Assembly (NCBI RefSeq): GCF_001194135.2
Contig: NC_068985.1
Location: 111,503,602 to 111,545,699 of the forward strand
DNA: 42,098 nucleotides
Source of the DNA: Octopus bimaculoides
Lineage: Eukaryota
Direction of reading: 5' to 3'
Below, one piece after another: positions 25,137 through 36,053 of the stretch. The notes beneath the pieces are model-generated. The model ran no database searches and was not told the origin of the DNA. It was given only the letters and a program-made list of their open reading frames with translations. Both the position numbers and the translations under genes were made by a program. Each line of letters starts with the position of its first letter. The first letter of the stretch is position 1.

Positions 25137-26077
25137 CTCAAGGTGGGCAATTTTGAGGGGACGGGAAGTCGATTATATCGATTCTTCTGCTGCACTGGTA
25201 TTTTTTACATCGTCTCTCGAATGACGAAAGGCTGAGTTGACCGTGGTGGTATTTGAACTCAGAACGTAAAGCCAAACGAACTTTCGCTAAACATTTTGTT
25301 CGACACACTAATGAATCTGCCATCTCGCCTCTTTGCTACAAATTAATAAATATCACTTCCAGGTTTTGGTACTGGGCCAGCAACAATGACGACCCCGTTG
25401 TTTCACTGTTAATTTATTTTATCGACTACAAAAGAATTCAAGGTAATTTGGATTCAGAACGTAATGAGCCCGAAAAAATGCTACTGAGCGACATGCTAAC
25501 GATTCCGCTAGTTCGACACATTAAGATGTAATGATAGTCCTTTCTATTGTAGGCACAATGTCTGAAATGTTGCTGCTGGGGTCTAGTTTCTTACATTGAT
25601 CCCTAGTATTCAGCTGGTACTTATTTTATCGACGTCGAAAGGATGAAAGGCAAAGTCACCTTCTGCAATATTTGAACACAGATCTTAAAACCGGGAGAAA
25701 TACTGTTAAGCATTTTGTCCCGCACGCTAACGATTCTTCTCTACTTTAGGCACAAGGCCAGAAAGTTTTGGAGGAGGGAGCCAGTCGATTAGCTCGATCC
25801 CAGTGTGCAACTGGTACTTAATTTATCGAGGAGAAAAGACAAAGTCGACCTCAGCGGAATTTGAACTCAGAACGTAGACAGACAACATACCGCTCAGCAT
25901 TTCTCCCGGCGTGCTAACGTGTCTGCCTTATCACTTATCAATAATCCTTTATGCTGAAATTTGTGGGGAGGAGACTAGTCGATTACTTCGGCCCCAGTGT
26001 TTCACTGGTACTTAATCTCCCGACCCCGAAAGGATGAAAAGCAAAGTCAACCTCGGCGGTATTGGAACACGCCGCCT
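25137..26077 (-). mobile_element. Cluster of five co-oriented family C SINE copies
   Basis: Copies at ~25137-25330, 25392-25515, 25538-25736, 25737-25927 and 25941-26076, each with GGTACTT..TTTATCGAC / AAAGTCGACCT / TTTGAACTCAGAACGT variants. Confidence 0.8.
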
Positions 26078-26410
26078 TCTCACTTATTAATAATATCAGC
26101 GATTTATCAACAGCTGTGAGCTGCACATTATCCTGGTTTCTATTTACGACTAAGTGATGTGAGGCATATGGTGGCGTTGGTAACGAGTACAACAAACAGT
26201 CCAGTAGAAAAAGCTATGGGAGATTACCCTAGCAGTTACCAGTTCGTATCCTTTGAGCTGTACTGTGTTATTCTGACATGTAAGACAGCTTCCAATGATC
26301 ACTCGTTTTGTGTAGTTCAGTGATATGTAAGAGGAAAATCTTCAAGATTTACGAGTGTTTCGTTTTAGCTAGCACTGATAAACTTTAGCATTCTTATTGG
26401 GAGATAAGTG

Positions 26411-26767
26411 GAAACCTACTCTTTTACTTGTTTCAGTCATTTGACTGCGGCCATGCTGGAGCACCGCCTTTAGTCAAGCAAATCTACCCCAGGAGTTATT
26501 CTTTGTAAGCCTAGTACTTATTCTATCGGTCTCTTTTGCTGAACCGCTAATGTTATACACCAGTAAACACACCAGCATCGGTTGTCAAGCGATGTTGGGG
26601 GAGGGGGACAAACACACACACATTTATATACATATATACGACAGGCTTCTTTCAGTTTCCGTCTACCAAATCCACTCACAAGGCCCGAGGCTATAGTAGA
26701 AGACACTTGCCCAAGGTGCCACGCAGTGGGACTGAGCCCGGAACCATATGGTTGGTAAGCAAGCTAC
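26411..26767 (-). mobile_element. SINE family A, near full length; head cut by the L1/Tx1 3' end
   Basis: Reverse complement of the family A consensus from TCTTTTACTTGTTTCAGTCATTTG to GGTTGGTAAGCAAGCTAC. Confidence 0.88.
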
Positions 26768-27490
26768 TTTATTTCATAAATATTTGCCATAAAGGCATTA
26801 CAAAGAGGGGACGAACAAGGACAGACAAACATAAAAGGGGTGAAGTAGCTGTATCGATTAAATGTTTACAAATTTAAATATACAATAATAATTTGATTAT
26901 ATTTACAATGTTCGATTAAAGCATTGCTCATCACAGATGCAATTTGTAATGGCTTTCCTGAAGGATAGGCATCCGACCATCAGGGTAGACCCCTTGCGTT
27001 TTCTTTCCCTTGTTTTTGGCTTCCACTTACCTGGAGCCAAACACTCCCAGCTTCCTCGCCACAGGCTTCCATCTTCTCATGAATCTGACTCATGACAGGT
27101 ACCTCTTCTCCAGCCTGATCTTACTACTGAGGTGGTAACAAAAAAAGTTACAAAAGTATCCGTCACTATGCCTCTTATACGCGTCTTCCATACTGTTTCT
27201 TTCAGTATGGCTACTACGCAGGAAAAGCAAGCCTTCCTTTCCCTGTTAAGGGAAGGGGGTGGCACAATCTCGATGATAGATTCAGCCGGTAGCTGTACTC
27301 TTCCCATCGATGACAACAGTTGTTCTGCGAAAACTATCAGTCTCGTTAATTCCGGACATTCCACGAATGCGTGCAAGACGGTTTCCCTGTCCTGCCCGCA
27401 CCTCGGACATGTCGGCAATACGGCACTTCCGTGCCTTGACAGTTTATCACGAACAGGTAATGCCGCACGGAAGCACTGCCAAGCCAGAGA
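26768..27490 (-). mobile_element. L1/Tx1-clade LINE 3' end (ORF2 C-terminus plus 3' UTR)
   Basis: Minus strand reads SLAWQCFRAALPVRDKLSRHGSAVLPTCPRCGQDRETVLHAFVECP (zf-RVT-type CxxC..H..C), and later RFMRRWKPVARKLGVFGSR* (TAA at 27029-27027). A ~260-nt UTR ends in AATAAA (26773-26768). The 5' side is lost in a gap. Confidence 0.85.
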
Positions 27491-28310
27491 NNNNNNNNNN
27501 NNNNNNNNNNNNNNNNNNNNNNNNNNNNNNNNNNNNNNNNNNNNNNNNNNNNNNNNNNNNNNNNNNNNNNNNNNNNNNNNNNNNNNNNNNNNNNNNNNNN
27601 NNNNNNNNNNNNNNNNNNNNNNNNNNNNNNNNNNNNNNNNNNNNNNNNNNNNNNNNNNNNNNNNNNNNNNNNNNNNNNNNNNNNNNNNNNNNNNNNNNNN
27701 NNNNNNNNNNNNNNNNNNNNNNNNNNNNNNNNNNNNNNNNNNNNNNNNNNNNNNNNNNNNNNNNNNNNNNNNNNNNNNNNNNNNNNNNNNNNNNNNNNNN
27801 NNNNNNNNNNNNNNNNNNNNNNNNNNNNNNNNNNNNNNNNNNNNNNNNNNNNNNNNNNNNNNNNNNNNNNNNNNNNNNNNNNNNNNNNNNNNNNNNNNNA
27901 TATATATATATATATATATATATATACCAATATTGGATTTTTATGTATTCTTTCTCCCACTTGGATTTGAAATGTTGCCACACTTTTAATATGTCTATTC
28001 TACTGTAAGTTTCTGCATTTTCGTGCAGCTGAAGATTGCTCTTCATATTGCATTTAATGTAATGCTCGCATTACTTAAATAAATGGAGTAGCATGAAACG
28101 TGCGTACTGCAATCATCTTTGAAATCCGTGTTGCTTATTTTGATTTTTTGATCACCTATCCTTTTGGAATGGTTTTTGTATAATACCATACCATACGATA
28201 TTTTGGTACCTACGCATAAGTACCATATTCAATCTTGAATCTAAATCTAAACCTATATATATATATATATATCTCAATATATATATCAATATGTATCAAT
28301 ATGTGTGTGT

Positions 28311-28343
<33 letters not shown>

Positions 28344-28995
28344 GGCGAGACAGAAAAAGAGAGACGGTGGGCTTCCATACAAATTCCGTTTACCAAACCT
28401 ACTCTTAAAGGCATTATTCTCCCCGGAGCCATTGTAGAACACGCTTACCAAAAAATGCCGTGCAGTGTGACTGAACCAGAAACCAATTGGTTGCAAGGCG
28501 AGCTTCTTATCACACAGCCATGCCTGGCAAAGTCAGTAAAAATATGCATGCATCGGAATAGATTCAGCGAATGTTTCTACGTACCTTTGTGTGTGTTATT
28601 TCAAAAGAGACAAGGCAATAACATATTATATAAAAGTTAGAATGTATCTACCTACTTCCATCTTATTTCTAGAAGTTTCTTCCACAACAGCTGTCAACAG
28701 AATTGTCCGAAGTGATTAACCGTAAAACGAGGAGGAATTACGTTTTGGTTCTTTGTTAAGAAAAGCAACAATAAGAAAAAAGAAGTAAAAGATATTTTCA
28801 TATAAACCGTCTGACAGTTGCGAATAATTACTATTTCCGTGGTCTGTCTCAGATATATGTCACATATCTTACACTCTGTGTGCGTCGTGTGTGTGAATGT
28901 ATATATGGATGTTTTATGAAAATTATGTGTATTTTTGTGGCAGGTGTGTGGGTGTACGCAAGTAGGCATACATTTGAGTGTATAATTTACATGCA

Positions 28996-29054
<59 letters not shown>

Positions 29055-29824
29055 CATTCTGTGCGCATACACACACATAGGATTAATCCCATCATGGCTG
29101 CAGTCCAATGACTAAAATATATGTATATATATATATGAGAGAGAGAGGTGGGGGCTTGATGTGTTGACAGATAGGTTGCTCCTCCTGAAATTTCCAATGA
29201 ACAGAACATATATGTTGGCTTAGGAGATTATTAGGAAGCGTATGGATAGTTAAACAGAATTAGACACACGAGAGAAGAATAGAAAAAAAGCGAGACATGG
29301 TACTTTCGTCTGGCGTCAATGAGGAAAAATAGATACATCATTTAAATTTGTCTAAAATATGCATACCTTAAGTGCGAAGTAATACAAGTAAGTGTGCTTT
29401 AAAGCAGCCATATTTGATTTTGTGGCAAGCGGACGGACGTAGGTACATTCTTTGCTCCTGTTATAATATAGATTATTATTTTATTGCTGTTTATTACATA
29501 TGTATTTATCTACTTTTTATGTACCCGATTTAGCCTAAATTTATATGTTATTAAATTTTCCTTTGGTTATCCGTTCTTTATTGATCTTTTATGCAAGGTT
29601 TGTTTATACTCTAGCTATAATGTATACATTATCTAATCTTTCATCTTTTACTTGTTTTAGTAATTGAAGTACGGGTATGCTGGAGCACCGCCTTAAAGGG
29701 TTTCGTCGAACAAATCGACTGCAGTACTTGCCATTATTTTCCTTAAGTCTACTTATTCTAACAGTTCTCTTCACACACACACACACACACACACACGCAC
29801 GCACACACACATATNNNNNNNNNN

Positions 29825-29861
<37 letters not shown>

Positions 29862-30080
29862 GTGACTATATGGTAAAAAGTTTGCTTCCCGGCCACATGC
29901 CACTGCACAACACTTTCGGAAAATGTCTTCTACTACAGCCTAGTACAAACCAAAGCATTGTGAGTGGATTTGGTAGACGGAAACTAAAAGACGCCCGTCG
30001 TGTGTGTATACATACATACATACATACATACATACATACATGCTAGTAACGGAAACAGATTTTGTAACGAATATTAATCT

Positions 30081-30243
30081 GTACATCCAACTTAATTTAG
30101 GTTTGTTGATTTGAACACCGTATGCTGTGGTAATCGTCTACCGATATAATCTATGATTTCTTTTAACGTCTACACGAGATGATTTGCCAATGCGGTTACC
30201 GCAGTTTACGGTGTTCTAAATAACACAACCAATGTGGATGTGC
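30081..30243. repeat. Older fold-back / MITE relic
   Basis: GAACACCGTATGCTGTGGTAATCG (from 30113) is inverted at 30193-30216; weaker similarity extends outward to ACATCCA/TGGATGT. Confidence 0.6.
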
Positions 30244-30532
30244 AAATCAAAATATATTAAAATATATGTAATATATTTAAATTAAAATATATGTAATCTA
30301 ATCCTGAACGAGCCAGGTCTCTGTTAGGGGCCTGCAAATCTGTTTTAAATTATATATATAGGCGCAGGAGTAGTTGTGTGGTAAGAAGCTTGCTTCCCAA
30401 CCGCATGGGCCCGGGTTCAGTCCCACTGCGTGGTACCTTGGGCAAATGTATTCTACTCTAGCCTCAGACTGACCAAAGCCTTGTGTGAGTGGATTTGGTA
30501 GACGAAAATTGAAAGAAGCCCGTTGTGCGCGC

Positions 30533-30569
<37 letters not shown>

Positions 30570-30580
30570 AATGGAGAGAG

Positions 30581-30615
<35 letters not shown>

Positions 30616-31033
30616 CAGAGTAAACACAGAGATGNNNNNNNNNNNNNNNNNNNNNNNNNNNNNNNNNNNNNNNNNNNNNNNNNNNNNNNNNNNNNNNNNN
30701 NNNNNNNNNNNNNNNNNNNNNNNNNNNNNNNNNNNNNNNNNNNNNNNNNNNNNNNNNNNNNNNNNNNNNNNNNNNNNNNNNNNNNNNNNNNNNNNNNNNN
30801 NNNNNNNNNNNNNNNNNNNNNNNNNNNNNNNNNNNNNNNNNNNNNNNNNNNNNNNNNNNNNNNNNNNNNNNNNNNNNNNNNNNNNNNNNNNNNNNNNNNN
30901 NNNNNNNNNNNNNNNNNNNNNNNNNNNNNNNNNNNNNNNNNNNNNNNNNNNNNNNNNNNNNNNNNNNNNNNNNNNNNNNNNNNNNNNNNNNNNNNNNNNN
31001 NNNNNNNNNNNNNNNNNNNNNNNNNNNNNNNNN

Positions 31034-31082
<49 letters not shown>

Positions 31083-31085
31083 GTA

Positions 31086-31167
31086 CAGTACTGTTTCTAC
31101 TTCGCGGATTTTTACCTATCGCGGTGGGTTTTCGAACGTAACACCCGCGATAGTAGAGGAATTACTA
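31086..31167. mobile_element. ~82-bp Tigger/pogo-like mini-MITE
   Basis: TA|CAGTACTGTTTCTACTTCGCGG ... CCGCGATAGTAGAGGAATTACTA|TA; imperfect ~23-bp TIR resembling Tigger ends. Confidence 0.6.
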
Positions 31168-32659
31168 TATAGCCAAATTAAGTTACTACGTATTATTTTA
31201 TATAATTTTGAGATTGCATTTAAACTCATTCCATTGTGTGCATCTGCATAATATATTACCACATTTTTTTTTCTTTTACTAAATTAGTCGATGTGGGGAA
31301 TAATTTAATAGACATCGCATTTTGAGTATTTTCAAATATCTTAATAGCCATTTTAAGGCAACTCTCTTCCATCTATGTTAATAATTCAAATTTTCTCTCA
31401 TTTTTTCTTCGTGTTTTTCTTTCTTCCTTAGATTTTGTTCTTCCAACTTTCGCTTTTTTCACCTCCCAATTTCTCTTTGTCCTTCCTTACACTTCTTTCG
31501 TGTGATCTTGTTTCCCTTGTCGTTTAATGTCATCCTTTCATCCTCATATTTCTCTACTTTTTTTCTGTTTCCCTCGTCTCAATCTTTTCTCTCTCTCTCT
31601 CTTTCCCCGCATAATCTCGATTCTCTTGGTAACACGCTTTTTTTCTTCTTTTGTCTTCTCTTTTCCCCTCTTTTTTTTTCATTTCTTATTTAATATTTTA
31701 ATTTCATTTTCTTTTCTTTTTTTTTGTTTTTCAATTAGAATTTCATTCTGTCACTCGTCTAATGAAAAATATATAAAGCTTTCATTCTATTTGAGCCGAT
31801 AATTTCTTCCGAAAAACAGTAACTCGAAACACATAGGCCCAATTGTAAGGAAAGAACGCTTATAAAATCACATACACACTACAATGTAGAAGTAAAAGCT
31901 ACCTATCAGTTCCTTTTAATACACTGCAAAGGTTAATAAAAGCTTATGCTATATTTAAATATTTTATACACATTAGGCAATTTAAGGTGCACTCTTGACA
32001 AATGTCTGATTCAAAATTTATTGTGTTAGTAATTACCAATATGGCCGCCTTTAGCTGATAAAAGTTTGAATTTTGTTTAAAATGCTACGCTGTGATTTGG
32101 CAATATAATGTAGTGAAGTATTAAACCAGGACACCTAAAACACTTTTTTTATCTCGTCTTTTACTTCTTTCTGTCATTAGACTGCGGCTATGCTGGAGCG
32201 CCGCCTTGAGGTGTTGTTAGTAGAATGAATCGCCCCCGGCACTTGCGTTTTTATTAATTTTTTTAAAGCCTAGTACTTATGTTATCGATTCTCTTTTGCC
32301 GAACCGCTAAGTTACGGGGACGTAAACAAACCAACATCGGTTGTCAGTTTGTGTTGGGATGCACAGACAAAAAGACACACACACACAAGCGCGCGCATGC
32401 ACACACAGACATATACACACACACTCTTCGTAGGCAGTCAGTAATCCGTTATATGTCGAATGAAAAACAATATTATTAAAGCTTGACTACTTAAGCACAT
32501 ATTAAATATTTACCCTGCACTACCACCGCCCATTTTAAAACTCGTTATCATTACCTTAACATACACATACATTTTCAGTGCTAACTGCTCTATAATACCT
32601 TAACGTGGACACACACACACACTTTCAGTATTAACTGCTTTAACATTGAAACAAAACTG

Positions 32660-32790
32660 GAATGTAAGATGGCGACGGCTATCATTTAAAGCCATTTTAT
32701 TTCTCATTAATGAGAAAGCGAAATATTAATTAACCGGAAGTAAAACTCATTTATCCAGAAATCTCTCATCTGTTATACGAAGTAACATAT
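32660..32790 (+). promoter_or_regulatory. Candidate promoter / first non-coding exon of the 33287 gene
   Basis: YY1-like AAGATGGCG (32666-32674) and GCCATTTT (32691-32698), perfect palindrome TTTCTCATTAATGAGAAA (32700-32717), ETS-like ACCGGAAGT (32733-32741), possible donor GAA|GTAACA at 32782. Confidence 0.35.
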
Positions 32791-32879
32791 TTCTTCACTA
32801 ATGTCGCACTACAAAATATAGAAATATTTCCTTTTTGTTTTTGTTTTTTTCGTTGTATTTATTACTTTTTTCTCATTTC

Positions 32880-32897
32880 TTTTTCTTTTCTTTTCAG
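32880..32897 (+). other. Strong 3' splice acceptor opening the probable exon that contains the 33287 ORF
   Basis: Long polypyrimidine tract (ttttctcatttctttttcttttcttttc) ending CAG at 32895-32897. It implies a ~390-nt 5' UTR segment before the ATG. Confidence 0.55.
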
Positions 32898-33090
32898 TTA
32901 AATTCTTCTTCACCACGGAGCCTGGCATGACGTAAAAAATAAAAACACAACGGAAATATTTTTCAACCAATGAAACAATGACTCAGTAGTCTCCACCTGA
33001 TTTTTAACCAACACCAACACCACTACCACAACGCTGTTTCCACTATTACTTTGGTTACACTGCTACAATTACTGCCACCACCATCATCAC

Positions 33091-33147
<57 letters not shown>

Positions 33148-33286
33148 CGCTACTACTGCTAAAACCACTGCTGGTATATTTCCATTACGACATCTTCGTT
33201 CCTTCTCTCCCCGCTTTCTCTCTATCTCCCTTTCTTTCAATTTTATTACGTCACGGTAACCGACTTTCGGTCATACGCCTTCGAAG

Positions 33287-34342
33287 ATGACCTACACATA
33301 TTTATTTTGGTTGGGAATTGTTCTGCCAACCACCATAACGGTTTTATTGTTTATTTTATTTCTGGTCTGCTGGTTCAAGTATAATCTACGAGAAAAGTTT
33401 ACTAAAAAAAAACACGATCCACACCGAGTCAACCAAAATCACTCACGCTCGACCAAACCGCCAACTGGCTTGCCTCCGCCGCCACCAGTTCAGTATAATC
33501 GGTCACGCCCGAATGATCAGAGAGACGAAAGGTTACCAGCGCGCATAATTTACTCCACTTATCATGACAGTGGTATGTCAGAACTGCATGAAATACATTA
33601 TAAATTCGACAGACCGGTTTCTCAGGCTTCTACTGATTCTGAAGATTCCGGTTTCCGAAGTTCGAAATCCGCTCATTACTTGCCGAACAGGTTGTCTGAG
33701 CACAGTTTCCCGCAGGACATTCCATTACTAAAACCCGTTAGTGCGAACATGCCACATGCGCAGAGAAATCTGGCGCTAAATACCAGTGATTCACCGCGAG
33801 GTGGACCGTCATTTTGGGCTGGGACATCAAGTTTCGGTCAATCTTCATCGTCGTCATCGTCATCAAACAATAACAACAACAACAATAATAATAATAACAA
33901 GAACAATAACAACAACAACAACAACAATAATAGCAATAAACTGCCTTCTTCTGTATCGGCGTCGTCCAATATCGCTGCAGACGAACAACAACAACAACAA
34001 CAACAACAGCAGCCCCATTCGCTAGCGCTACAAAATGTACATCAAGAGGAACGGAGAGGTCCGCATCCAAACCATCATCATCATCACCATCATCACCATC
34101 ACCACCACCACCGTTCTCTACCGCAGAGTCCATTGGCAGACATTTCGGAAAATATGCCAGTCACTCGGCCCATTCCTTCATCCCAATCCACTCCTCTGCC
34201 TTATCCACAGTGGCGGACAGACGCACGTTTGTCTCCAACGCTCCCCAGAGAGGCGAAAAGTCAACAAACAGTTATCGCCCTTGTACATAGTCCTAGCCAA
34301 CAATCAGAAATGAACGGACAGCTATCTTATGCCATGGTTTAA
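33287..34342 (+). CDS. Uncharacterised 351-aa single-pass (type III-like) membrane protein with a disordered cytoplasmic tail
   Basis: 1056-bp uninterrupted ORF with non-repetitive coding sequence. Hydrophobic segment LFWLGIVLPTTITVLLFILFLVCWF is followed by basic KYNLREKFTKKK. In-frame TAA at 33257-33259 precedes the ATG. The tail has poly-S/N/Q/H runs and ends LSYAMV*. Confidence 0.8.
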   Translation: MTYTYLFWLGIVLPTTITVLLFILFLVCWFKYNLREKFTKKKHDPHRVNQNHSRSTKPPTGLPPPPPVQYNRSRPNDQRDERLPARIIYSTYHDSGMSELHEIHYKFDRPVSQASTDSEDSGFRSSKSAHYLPNRLSEHSFPQDIPLLKPVSANMPHAQRNLALNTSDSPRGGPSFWAGTSSFGQSSSSSSSSNNNNNNNNNNNKNNNNNNNNNNSNKLPSSVSASSNIAADEQQQQQQQQQPHSLALQNVHQEERRGPHPNHHHHHHHHHHHHHRSLPQSPLADISENMPVTRPIPSSQSTPLPYPQWRTDARLSPTLPREAKSQQTVIALVHSPSQQSEMNGQLSYAMV

Positions 34343-34370
34343 CACCTGGTCACTATAAATCACAGACACA

Positions 34371-34409
<39 letters not shown>

Positions 34410-34469
34410 CACGTTAATGTATACACATAAATATATACACATATACTGTTGTGTGTCGATATTTACGTT

Positions 34470-34740
34470 ACAGGTACCCTCAAATGTATACAAACAGTTT
34501 TGCTGTATGTTATACGTGTCTACAAACATTTAGCATGTATACACACGCATCTGCAAGAGTTCCAGCTGTATACATGCAGTTACAATAGTTTCAGACGTTT
34601 ACACGTGTCTCCAAGAGTTCCGGGTGTATAAATGCATTTGCAAAGATTTCAGGTCTGTGCAGGTGTGTTTACCAAAGCTCCAGATGTTTACACATGCATT
34701 TACGAAACTTCCAGACGTACTCAAGCATTTAAATATTCAA
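34470..34740 (+). repeat. Degenerate ~30-bp minisatellite just downstream of the stop codon
   Basis: About 7-8 units of TTCCAG(A/C)TGT(A/T)TACACATGCATTT(G/A)CAA-like sequence; weaker copies to ~35030. Confidence 0.7.
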
Positions 34741-35073
34741 CTCAATTTACAGACAGTCATGATGTCTACACATATTTACATATTTTCAAGTTGTATGCTG
34801 ATATATATATATATATATTGTGATGTATACTTTCTTCTAAATATGTTCGGATATATACATATTTTAATAGACGTTGCTCTGTATACAGAATTTTAAAATG
34901 TTCCAATGTATTGTATATACACTTTTATGAATGATCCAATATATACACACTTTTATAGATCTTCCAGCGTATACACACATGCACAGAGATTCTTCATGTT
35001 TAAAAATCTTTTCCCAGGTTTTCCTAAGTGTCGGCAATCAAAGACGCATATAAGTACATTTGCGATCGTACAA

Positions 35074-35106
<33 letters not shown>

Positions 35107-36019
35107 NNNNNNNNNNNNNNNNNNNNNNNNNNNNNNNNNNNNNNNNNNNNNNNNNNNNNNNNNNNNNNNNNNNNNNNNNNNNNNNNNNNNNNNNNNNNNN
35201 NNNNNNNNNNNNNNNNNNNNNNNNNNNNNNNNNNNNNNNNNNNNNNNNNNNNNNNNNNNNNNNNNNNNNNNNNNNNNNNNNNNNNNNNNNNNNNNNNNNN
35301 NNNNNNNNNNNNNNNNNNNNNNNNNNNNNNNNNNNNNNNNNNNNNNNNNNNNNNNNNNNNNNNNNNNNNNNNNNNNNNNNNNNNNNNNNNNNNNNNNNNN
35401 NNNNNNNNNNNNNNNNNNNNNNNNNNNNNNNNNNNNNNNNNNNNNNNNNNNNNNNNNNNNNNNNNNNNNNNNNNNNNNNNNNNNNNNNNNNNNNNNNNNN
35501 NNNNNNNNNNNNNNNNNNNNNNNNNNNNNNNNNNNNNNNNNNNNNNNNNNNNNNNNNNNNNNNNNNNNNNNNNNNNNNNNNNNNNNNNNNNNNNNNNNNN
35601 NNNNNNNNNNNNNNNNNNNNNNNNNNNNNNNNNNNNNNNNNNNNNNNNNNNNNNNNNNNNNNNNNNNNNNNNNNNNNNNNNNNNNNNNNNNNNNNNNNNN
35701 NNNNNNNNNNNNNNNNNNNNNNNNNNNNNNNNNNNNNNNNNNNNNNNNNNNNNNNNNNNNNNNNNNNNNNNNNNNNNNNNNNNNNNNNNNNNNNNNNNNN
35801 NNNNNNNNNNNNNNNNNNNNNNNNNNNNNNNNNNNNNNNNNNNNNNNNNNNNNNNNNNNNNNNNNNNNNNNNNNNNNNNNNNNNNNNNNNNNNNNNNNNN
35901 NNNNNATTGTGAGGTCGATATAATCTACTTAACCTTTGAATTCGTTGCCCCAGCATGGCAGGAGTCTAAAAATTGAAAGCCAGTAACGAACATAGTATAT
36001 AAACAGATAATCCAATTGT

Positions 36020-36053
<34 letters not shown>

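Larger units (their letters stand above)
7044..32370. mobile_element. Additional partial family A SINE copies (span given, not one element): 7044-7205(-), 11587-11740(+), 11790-11920(-), 17760-17915(-), 19150-19270(-), 28365-28530(-), 29640-29770(-), 29858-30000(+), 30361-30525(+), 32150-32370(-)
   Basis: Each carries recognisable head, core (GTCTACCAAATCCACTCACAAGGC) or tail motifs of family A. Confidence 0.75.

Noticed and set aside
27132-27490. Plus-strand ORFs of 285 and 232 aa
   Set aside because: Antisense shadow of the L1/Tx1 ORF2, extended by a gap.
4945-35976. Long ORFs of 120-420 aa containing X runs
   Set aside because: Artefacts of N gaps, which contain no stop codons.
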